Source: Elephas maximus | Taxonomy: Eukaryota | Assembly (NCBI RefSeq): GCF_024166365.1 | Contig: NC_064830.1 | Span: forward strand, 89,268,968-89,332,967 | Direction of reading: 5' to 3' | DNA length: 64,000 nt | Shown: in pieces, positions 51,941 to 61,900 of the stretch | How positions within the stretch are numbered: position 1 is the first letter of the stretch | Layout of the letters: each line of letters starts with the position of its first letter | Translations under genes and position numbers: made by a program | The notes under the pieces: model-generated | What the model saw: the letters and a program-made list of their open reading frames with translations, nothing else | The model's database searches: none | Told to the model about the DNA's origin: nothing

Positions 51941-52097
51941 TTGTTGTTGTTGTTCGTTTGCAACTGCCGCCCCCCACACACCCGCGCCGCTTCTCTGCAG
52001 CAGAAGGCAGCTCATTCAGAGCTCAGGAATTCCTGCCTCTGAGCCAGCTGGCAGCGCTGGAGTGAGACTGGGAAGGCTGGCAGGACCTGGGGGGGGG

Positions 52098-52117
52098 GGG
52101 CGGGGGGGGCGCAGGTG
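52098..52117. repeat. G11CG8 run, with a C11 run at 52222-52232, inside a GC-rich segment
   Basis: ggggggggggcggggggggcgcagg ... cctgcccccccccccagtg. Confidence 0.9.
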
Positions 52118-52261
52118 CTGACTGAGTCCACCTCTGACTCATCTGGCCTTCATTTCCCAATCTGGATGGGTACAAATCTACCTCTTCACCGGCGCCCCCT
52201 CCTCTCCCACTCCTGCCCCCCCCCCCAGTGTAGTCAACTGTCCAGGCTCAAGCCACAGCCT

Positions 52262-52700
52262 CTCTTTTTTATTATTATTATTTATTGTACTTTAGATGAA
52301 GGTTTACAGAGCAAACAAGTTTCTCATTAAACAATTAATGCACATATTGTTTTGTGACATTGGTTGCCAACCCCTGACATGATCGACAATCTCTGCTTCT
52401 CGACCTTGGGTTCCCTGTTACCAGCTTTCCTGTCCCCTCCTGCCTTCTCACCTTGCCCCTGGGCTGGTGTGCCCACTTAGTCTCATTTTGTTTTATGGTC
52501 CTCTCTAATCTTTGGCTGAAGTGTGAACCTCAGGAGTGACTTCATTACTGAGCTACAAGGGTGTCCGGGGGCCACACTCTTGGAGTTCTCCCAGTCTCTG
52601 TCAGAGCAGCAAGTCTGGTCTTCCTTCTTTTTCAGAGAAGATAATTTTGCATATTTTATTTTAGACTTAGGAAATTCAGCCCCGATTTCCAAATAGATGT
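52262..52700 (-). mobile_element. L1 3'-end fragment of a different subfamily, located between the PAGR1 3'UTR and the GC-rich segment
   Basis: Poly(T) followed by attattattatttattgtactttagatgaaggtttacagagcaaacaagtttctcattaaacaattaatgcacatattg, collinear with 60480-60840. Confidence 0.7.
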
Positions 52701-52859
52701 TCAACATAAACACATACACAGACCCCTTCCTTCCTGGTGCTTTGTCAGGAGCTTGGCATTTCTCTCCTCTGCCCTTGTTCCCTGCTGTCCAGGGCTGAGG
52801 TAGGAGGGCCCGGCCTCAGCAGGGGCGGACTCTGACCCTGGAGGCAGGAGCAGCAGCCA

Positions 52860-53030
52860 TCAGTATTTTCCCCTGCCGGGGAAGAGACTGCTCCCTGAGG
52901 ATGGGACTGCGGGGCTGGAGGGGCTGGGGTCCTCTGAGTCCAGGCTGAAGAGGTCCCTGCCAGTGCGAAGAACCTGCTCCTCCAGCTTCTTGTGCCGCTT
53001 CATGTCTGAGAGGACTTTGTCCAGGCGGGC
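52860..53030 (-). CDS. PAGR1: PAGR1 terminal coding exon segment: [59 protein letters not shown] at 52862..52860. An in-frame TAG lies immediately upstream (53033..53031) and is preceded by ...PTPGSSARSQKR.
   Basis: Near-identical to the human PAGR1 (PA1) C-terminus ...[49 protein letters not shown]..., recalled. It is in the -1 frame relative to ORF 52816..53136(-). Confidence 0.8.
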   Translation of the reverse strand, partial: ARLDKVLSDMKRHKKLEEQVLRTGRDLFSLDSEDPSPSSPAVPSSGSSLFPGRGKY

Positions 53031-53839
53031 CTACCGTTTCTGGCTCCGGGCTGAGCTTCCTGGAGTAGGGGAAGGTGAGACATGTGGAAGGGATTGTGGC
53101 AGTGGGCACCACACCTGCCTGCATCTTACTCATCACTTGGGGAACTTGTTAAAAATACAGATTTCACCTCATGGGTCTGCTTCCAGGATTCCCTTCCGCC
53201 CAACATTCCCTTTGCCTTCTAGGAGAAAATGACAGAGAAAGCTGGGTTCTGACTGGGAAGGGGATGTGGCAATACTAAACTGCACAGTCATTGTGAATAC
53301 CAGCAATGAGTCTCACAGACAAGAATCCTGTGTCAGAAAGTATCTTCATGTCCGCAGGGCCTGATCTGAAGGAGAACCTCCAGAAACCTAAAGGTTGTCA
53401 GACAACTGAAGCAAAATTGACCAAAGGATTTAATCTAGCTGCCTGGCTTGTCATTCACACACTGGGATCTAAGTATAAGAGCCACTATCACACAGCAGCA
53501 GAGTGCCCTGTACTGTAGCTACAGAAACATACTTTAGCTGGCAAAAGAATAGTCAATGTCTTCTGCTGGGTTCTGTGTCATAAAATCTGCAAAACGAGGT
53601 TATCCTAAAGGATGCAACACACATAGCACTTACAGCTGTAAGGAAATTTCTAGAGATTCATGGGGAGACAGACCATTGAAAAAGTCGTATTTGTCATCTC
53701 TGAACTTGAAGAGGCTACCTACCAAAAGCTGCTACCTCTGTATTTCCCAAGGTCTTTGAAGGAGAAGAGTCACTCGTTGCCATACCTTCCTGCGGATATT
53801 GGAAAAGCAGAAGGGGAGCCTCTGGTACCTGAACGGCAG

Positions 53840-55620
53840 ATTGTTGTTAGGTGCTATTGAGACGGTTCTGACCCATAGTAACCCCATGTCCAATAGAATG
53901 AAACACTGCCTGGTCCTGCTCCATCCTCGTAATTGTTGTTATGCTTGTTACAGCCATGTGTCAGTCCGTCTCACTGAGGGTCTTCCTCTTTTCTGATGAC
54001 CCTCTACTTTACCAAGCGTGATGTCCTTCTCCAGGACTGAGCCCTCCTGATAACACGTCTAAAGTATGTGAGACGAAGTCTCTCAATCCTTCCTTCTAAG
54101 GAACATTCTGGTTGTATTTTAAGACAGATTTATTCATTCTTCTGGGTGTACGTGGTATATTTAATGTTCTTCGCCAACACCACAATTCAAAGGCATCAGT
54201 TCTTCTTTGGTCTTATTCATTGTTCAGCTTTTGCATGCATATGCGGTGACTGAAAATACCATGGCTTGGGTCAGATGTACCTTAGTCTTCAAGGTGACAT
54301 CTTTGCTTTTCAACACTTTAAAGAGGTCTTTCGCAGCAGATTTGTCCAATGCAATACATCCTTTGATTTCTTTCTTTTTTTAAGAAATTGAATTTTTTTG
54401 TGTGTTTACCGTAAGGGAAAGTTCACAATTCAAGTCAGTTTCTCATACAAAAACTTATGCACACATTGTCATATGGCCCTAGTTGCTCTCCCTACAATGT
54501 GCCAGCATACTCTTTCTCTCTGCCCTATATTTCCTGTGTCCATTCAACCAGCTCCTGTCCCCCTCTGCCTTCTCATCTTGCTTCCAGTCAGGAGCTGCCC
54601 GCATAGTCTCACGTGTCTACTTGAGCTAAGAAGCGTGTTCCTCACCAGTGTCATTTTATGTCTTATAGTCCAGTCTAATCTTTGTCCATTAAGTCCATTA
54701 AGCCTATTAAGCCTGGTCTTTTTACTAGAATTTGAGACCTGCATCCCACTTTTCTCCTGCTCCATCAGGGAGTCTCTGTTGTGTTCCCTGTCAGAGCAGT
54801 CATTGGTGGTAGCTGGGCACCATCTAGTTCTTCCGGTTTCCAGCTGATGGAGTCTCTGGTTTATGTGGCCCTTTCTTTCTCTTGGGCTTATATTTTCCTT
54901 GTGTCTTTGATGTCCTTCATTCTCCTTCGGTCCACGTGGGTTGAGACCAGTTGATGCATTCTAGATGGCCACTTGCTAGCTTTTAAGACCCCAGACACCA
55001 CCCACCAAAGTGGGATGCAGAACGTTTTCTTAATACACTTTGTTATGCCAATTGACCTAGATGTTCCCTGAAACCATGGTCCCCAGGCCCCCACCCCTGC
55101 TACTCCGCCCCTTGAAGTGTTTGGTTGTCGTCCTTTGGTTTCTTGGCTGCTGCTTTCATGGAGCAGTGGATCCAAGTAAAATGAAATCCTTCACAACTTG
55201 TCATGATGTTGCTTATTGGTCTAGTTGTGACGATTTTTGTTTTCCTTATGTTGAGGTGCAATCCATACTGAAGGCTGTAATCTTTGATCTTCGTCAGTGC
55301 TTCAGTCCTCTTTGCTTCAGGCAAGCAAGGTCGTGTTATCTGCATATCACAGGTTGTTAATGTCTTCCTCCAATCCTGATGCCCCGCTCTTCTTCATATA
55401 GTCCGGCTTCTCAGATTATTTGCTCAGCATACAGATTGAATAAGTATTGTGAAAGGATACGACCCTGACATACACCTTTTCTGATTTTAAAACATTCAAT
55501 ATTCCCTTGTCTGTTCGATTGACTACCTCTTTGTCTATGTACAGATTCTGCATGAGTGCAATTAAGTGTTCTGGAATTCCCATTCTTCCCAATGTTATCC
55601 ATGATTTGTCGTGACATTAG
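53840..55620 (-). mobile_element. RTE element split by an L1 insertion: RTE tail 53840-54372, L1 3'UTR 54373-55160, RTE RT fragment 55160-55620
   Basis: RTE ORFs 55100..55345(-) and 55411..55617(-). ORF 54398..54847(+) is the antisense of an L1 3'UTR. Confidence 0.7.
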
Positions 55621-55899
55621 CCATTAAAAAAAAAAAAAGCCATTAGGGAGATGTAAATCAAAAGCACAATGAGATATCATCTAAATGAATAATTTCCTTT
55701 ATAAGGATCAGCACAAAGCTGGTTCTATGAAGCGGAAGTTAAAGATGTCCCAAATGTCCAGCTTTTTCAAACTGCTGTACTACTCCATTATCTCTAACAT
55801 CAACTACTTCCCCCTCCCCTCATTACTCTCCCTCCCATCTTTGGGTTTGGTAAATTTACTGCAGTGTGTCACAGAACTCACAAACTACTTACAGTTAAG

Positions 55900-58800
55900 T
55901 GGTTTGTTAGGGAAGTAACAGGATACAGTTCAGGATCAGGGTCAGAAATGACTCAGGATACCGTTCTTTGATCAGGACAGCTTCTTCTCGCCCTCTCCTA
56001 CTAGGCTCTGCTGGGGGCCTTCTTGGGCAAGTGTTACAACTCTTAGTTCCATGGGTAGTGGGTCGGCAACCCCAACTGCAGCCTTCTCACAAAGTTCTCC
56101 TGGTTCCTGCCATCTCCCACTGCCCTCTCTCACTGTCTTTCATGTTACAGCTTCTCTTTCTCTCTCTGTCTCACTTTAAGCCTGGCAGGATGGCAAAACT
56201 GACCAATCCCCTTGTTAGGGTATCATACACCTTACTTGTATGGTCACATCCCACAAGCCCCATTCTATGGGGGCATGCGTGTTGCTGTGATCCTGGAAGC
56301 TATGCCACCGATATTCAAACACCAGCAGGGTCACCCGTGGGGGACAGGTTTCAGCTGAGCTTCCAAACTAAGACAGACTAGGAGAAGGACCTAGTGGTCT
56401 ACTTCTGAAAAGAGTTAGCCAGTGAAAACCTTATGAATAACAGTGGAACATTGTCTAATATAGTGCCGGAAGATGAGCCCCTCAGGTTGGAAGGCACTCA
56501 AAATATGACTGGGGAAAAGCTGCCTCCTCAAAGTAAAGTCAACCTTAATGATGTGGAGTCTAGCTTTCGGGACCTTCATTTGCTAATGTGGCACAACTCA
56601 ACATGAGAAGAAACAGCTGCAAACATCCATTAATAATTGGAATGTGGAATGTAGAAAGTATGAATCTAAGATAACTGGAAATCATCAAAAACTAAATGGA
56701 ATGCATAAAGATTGATACCCTAGGCATTAGAGAGCTGAAATGGACTGGTACTGGCCATTTTGAATTGGAGAGTTGTATGGTCTACTATGCTGGGAATGAC
56801 AACTTGAAGAGGAATGGTGTTACCTTTATTACCACAAGGAACATTTCAAGATCTATCCTGAAGTACACATTTTATCCTGAAGTACAACGGCATTGTCAGT
56901 GATAGGATAATATCCATACGCCTGCAAGGAAGACCAGTTAATATGATCATTATTCAAATTAATGCACCAAACACTAAGGCCAAAGGTGAAGAAATTAAAG
57001 ATTTTTACCATCTTCTGCAGTCGAAATTGGTCAAACATGCAATCGGGATGTGTTGATAATTACTGACGAGTGGAACGCTAAAGTTTGAAAAAAAAGAAGG
57101 AGGATCGGTAGTTGGAAAATATGACCTTGGTGATAGAAACAATGCCAGAGATCACATGACAGAATTTTGCAAGACCAGTGACTTCTTTCTTGCAAAAACC
57201 TTCTTTCAACAGCATCAATGGCAACTATACACGTGGACCCCGCCAGATGGAGTACACAGGAATCAAATCGACTACATCTGTGGAAAGAGACAATTGAAAC
57301 GCTCAATACTGGCAGTCAGAACAAGACCAGGGCTGACTGTGGAACAGACCATCACTTGCTCATATGCAAGTTCAAGTTGAAACTGAAGAAAATTAGAACA
57401 AGTCCAAGAGAGCCAAAGTAAGACCTTGAGTATGTCCCACCTGAATTTAGAGACCATCTCAAGAATAGATTTGACACGTTGAACACTTATGACCAAAGAC
57501 CAGAAGAGTTGTGGAATGACATCAAGGACATCATACATGAAGAAAGTAAGAGATCATTAAAATATAGGAAAAAGAATGAAGAACACCAAGGTTACATGAT
57601 AACTATGAGCCCAAGAGACAGAAAGGGCCACAGGAACCAGAGACTTACATCACCCTGAGACCAGAAGAACTAGATAGTGCCCAGCCACAACCGATGACTG
57701 CCCTGACAGGGAGCACAACAGAGAACCCCTGAGGGAGCAGGAAAACAGTGGGATGCAGACCCCAAGTTCTCATAAAAAGACCAGACTTAATGGTCTGACT
57801 GAGACTAGAAGAATCCCGGCGGTCATGGTCCCCAAACCTTCTGTTGGCCCAGGACAGGAACCATTCCCGAAGACAACTCATCAGACATAGAAGGGACTGG
57901 ACAATGGGTTGGAGAGAGATGCCGATGAAGAGTGAGCTACTTGTATCAGGTGGACACTTGAGACTGTGTTGGCATATCCTGTCTGGAGGGGAGATGGGAG
58001 GGTAGAGAGGGTTAGAAACTCGCAAAATGGTCACGAAAGGAGAGACTGGAAGGAGGGAGCGGGCTGACTCATTGGGGGAGAGTAAATGGGAGTATGTAGT
58101 AAGGTGTATATAAATTTACATGTGACAGACTGACTTGATTTGTAAACTTTCACTTAAAGCACAATAAAAATTATTTTTGAAAAAATACAGGAAAGAAAGA
58201 AAAAAACAAATGGATGTTAGAAGAGACTCTGAAACTTGTTCTTGAACATCAAGGAGCTAAAGCAAAGGAAGAAATGATGAAGTAAAAGAGCTGAACAGAA
58301 GGTTTCAAAGGGCTGCTCGAGAAGACAAATGACATGTGCAAAGACCTGAACATAGAAAACCAAAAGGCTTGGCATTTCTCAAACTGAAAGAACTGAAGAA
58401 AAAATTCAAGCCTTGAGTTGCAATGCTGAAGGATTCTACGGGGAAAATATTAAACAATACAGAAAGCATCAAAAGAAGATGGAAGGAATACACAGAGTCA
58501 CGATGCCAAAAAGAATTGATCAACGTTCAACCATTTCAGGAAGTAGCATATGATTAGGATGGTACTAAAGGAAGAAGTCCAAGCTGCACCGAAGGGAAAG
58601 GCAAAAAACAAGGCTCCAGGAATTGATGGGATACCACCTGAGATGTTTCAACAAATGGATGCAGCTCTGGAAGTACTCACTTGTCTATGCCGAGAAATTT
58701 GGAAGACAGCTACCTGGCCAACCAACTGGAGGAGATCCATATTTATGCCTATTCCCAAGAAAGATGATCCAACCAATTGCAGAAATTATCAAACAACACA

Positions 58801-60060
58801 CAAGGAAAATTTTGCTGAAGACCATTCAAAAGTGGCTGCAGCAGTACATCAGCAGAAAACTGCCAGAAATTCAAGCAGGATTCAGAAGAGGACCTGGAAC
58901 GAGGGATATTATTACTGATGTCAGATGGATCCTGGCTAAAAGGATACCAGAAAGATGTTTACCTGTGTTTTGTTGATTATGCAAAGGCATTTGACTATGT
59001 GGATCATAACAAATTATGGATAGCATTATGAAGAATGGGAATTCCAGAACACTTAATTGTGTTCATGAGGAACCTGTACCTAGATCGAGAGGCAGTCGTT
59101 GGAACAGAACAAGGGTATACTGCATGGTTTAAAGTCAGGAAAAGTGTGCATCAGGGTTGTATCTTTTCACCATACCTATTCAGTCTGTTGCTGAGCAAGT
59201 AATCTGAGAAACTGGACTATATGAAGAAGAACGGGGCATCAGGATAGGAGGGAGACTCATTAACAACCTGCATTATGCAGATGACACAACCTTGCTTGCA
59301 GAAAGTGAAGAGGACTTGAAGCACTTACTGATGAAGATCAAAGACCACAGCCTTCAGTATGGATTACACCTCAACATAAAGAAAACAAAAATCCTTACTA
59401 CTGAACCAATAAGCAACATCATCATAAACAGAGAAAAGATTGAAGTTGTCAAGGATTTCATTTTACTTGGATCTACAATCAACACCCATGGAAGCACCAG
59501 TCAAAAATCAAAAGACGCTTTGCATTGGGCAAATCTGCTGCAAAAGACCTCTTTAAAGTGTTGAAAAGCAAAGATGTCACCTTGAAGACTAAGGTGCGCC
59601 TGACCCAAGCCATGGTATTTTCAATCGCCTCCTATGCATGTGAAAGCTGGACGATGAATAAGGAAGACCTAAGAAGAATTGATGCCTTTGAATTGTGGTG
59701 TTGGTGAAGAACATTTGGACTGCCAAAAGAACAAACAAATCTGTCTTGGAGGAAGTACAACCAGAATGCTCTTTAGAAGCAAGGATGATGAGCCTATGTC
59801 TCACATACTTTGGACATGTTGTCAGGAGGGATCAGTCCCTGGAAAAGGACATTATGTCTGGTAAGGTAGAGGGTCAGCGAAAAAGAGGAAGACCCTCAAC
59901 AAGATGGATTGACACAGTTGCTGCAACAATGGGCTCAAGCATAACAAGGAGAATGAGAATGGTGCAGGACCAGGCAGTTTTGGTTCTGTTGTGTATAGGG
60001 TCACTATTAGTCAGAATCCACTCAACACCACCTAAGAACACAAACAACAACCCCCGCAAG
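55900..60060 (+). mobile_element. Near full-length RTE/BovB LINE (5' region, APE domain 56690-57420, RT 58550-59700, C-terminus/tail to ~60060). The ORF has in-frame stops. Interrupted by an L1 3'UTR fragment (57640-58150, minus strand).
   Basis: ORFs 56696..56902(+), 57156..57421(+), 58550..58976(+), 59292..59707(+) and 59695..60180(+) contain the APE and RT motifs and the tail ...LVRIHSTPPKNTNNNP. Confidence 0.85.
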
Positions 60061-60479
60061 GGTGCCATGCACCTTATTTACATTACTAGCAAGCTATCCA
60101 TTTCCCTTGGTGGCCCACAAGCACCTCATTTGCATTGTCTTACCAAATCATTTGGTGGAAGTTACAAAGACTATGGCTAGAAGGGCTATATTAAGTAATT
60201 CAATGCACCGCAGGCCACCTCCTGCCTCTTCTAGCCATTGGCCGTTTCACACTTGAAGGATTAACTACCACCTCCCAATCATTTTCCTAGTCCAAAATGG
60301 TCACTAACACTTAGTCCTGCATTTGGAGGGCAAAGAGTCCTAAGGGTGAGGCTACTTAGGCACCAGCCATTCAGGTCTGCTGCATATATCCATCTGGTCA
60401 GGTTCTCCAAAAGTCATCTCAGCTTCACCCTCTCTGGCCTCTGATAATAGTTTTTTTTTTTTAAAGAAAAACCTTATTA

Positions 60480-60840
60480 TTTATTTTTGCAGTCTTTTTT
60501 TTTAATTGTACTTTAGATGAAGGTTTACAGAGCAAATTATTTCTCATTAGACAATTGATCCACATATTGTTTTGCAACATTGGTTGCCAATGCCATGACA
60601 TGTCAACACTCTCCCCTTCTTGACCTTGGGTTCCCCATTACCAGCTTTCCTGTCCCCTCCTGCCTTCTCGTCCTTGCCCCTGGGCTGATGTGCCCATTTA
60701 GTCTCATTTTGCTTTGTGTGCCTGTCTAATCTTTGGCTGAAGGCTGAACCCCAGGAATGACTTTATTACTGAGTTTAAAGGGTGTCTGGGGGCCATACTC
60801 TTGGGTGCCTCTGATAACATTTATCTGAGAGGCTATTCCC
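60480..60840 (-). mobile_element. L1 3'-end fragment, same subfamily as 52262-52700
   Basis: ttttaattgtactttagatgaaggtttacagagcaaattatttctcattagacaattgatccacatattg... Confidence 0.7.
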
Positions 60841-61389
60841 TTGCTCTGAATCTCTTGAGGTATCAGCATAATGTTAGATTTCTCCTGCTGCCATAACCTA
60901 TTTATTCATTCCTTTACCTTCAGCTATTATTTCTCCTTCCTTCTACTTGTCATTTATTTTCACCTAAACTTTTCCACCTTTGAAAGGGACATCAGGTTCA
61001 ACTGCTGTGCCAGTCCAAATTTCTGGTAGCAAGTCCACTCCTATTCATGTTGGGTAGGGTTACATAGGTACAACACTAGTGGATTATCTTGACCACTAGG
61101 CAATACGGCAGCATTCACTGTCAACCCCAATTTTGCCACATGCGGGGGGAAGTACAATCCATCTCATCAGGCCTTTGGGAATTTTGGCATACAGGTTCAG
61201 GGATATAGTTAACAGCCTCTTGTTTAGAGGTCACCCCTATTTTCGGTACCCACAGCTGTATCCCTGATCCTGGGATCACAGCATCCGACAGGAAAAAAGC
61301 AATTTTAGGTGATGTGGGGAAAACCGTACAGTGGCACCAGCATCCTCCCCCAACCACTCTTCCCCAGATCCTCCAGAGAAGCATAGGTG

Positions 61390-61900
61390 TCATGGATTGA
61401 ATTGTGTCTCCCCCAAAAATGTGTGTCAACTTGGTTAGGCCATGATTCCCAGTATTCTGTGGTTGTCCTCCGTTTTGTGATTGTAATTTTATGTTAAAGA
61501 GGATTAGGGTGGGATTGTGACACCATCTTTACCCAGGTCACCTCCTGGATCCAAAGAAAAGGGATTTTCCTGGGGGCATGGGCTGCACCACCTTTCATCT
61601 CTCAAGAGATAAAAGGAAAGGGAAGCAGAGAGTTGGGGACCTCATACCACCAAGAAAGCAGCACCGGAAACAGAGCGCGTCCTTTGGACTCGGGGTCCCT
61701 GCGCCTGAGAAGCTCCTCTACCAGGGGAAGTTTGAGGACAAAGAATCTTCCTCCAGAACCAACAGAGAGAGAAAGCCTTCCCCTGGAGCCAATGCCCTGA
61801 ATTTGGGCTTTTAGCCTACTTTACAGTGAGGAAATAAATTTCTCTTTGTTAACACCATCCACTTGTGGTATTTCTGTTATGGCAGCACTAGATGATTAAG
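61390..61900 (+). repeat. Unclassified ~520 bp interspersed repeat, copy 3, abutting the truncated end of ERV2
   Basis: Collinear with the two other copies. Confidence 0.7.

Noticed and set aside
53140-53840. Search for upstream PAGR1 exons (..FDFDDEPVTPKDSLIDRRR..) in the unique sequence just above the terminal exon
   Set aside because: The frames I hand-translated (53700-53840 on the minus strand) showed no PAGR1-like peptides, and 53140-53700 was not translated. Upstream exons are probably displaced by the RTE and L1 insertions, or lie beyond what I could resolve by eye.
55968-56381. 137-aa ORF on the plus strand upstream of PAGR1
   Set aside because: It lies in the 5' region of the long RTE element and reads in the same direction as the element. 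PAGR1 is on the minus strand. It is not a host gene.
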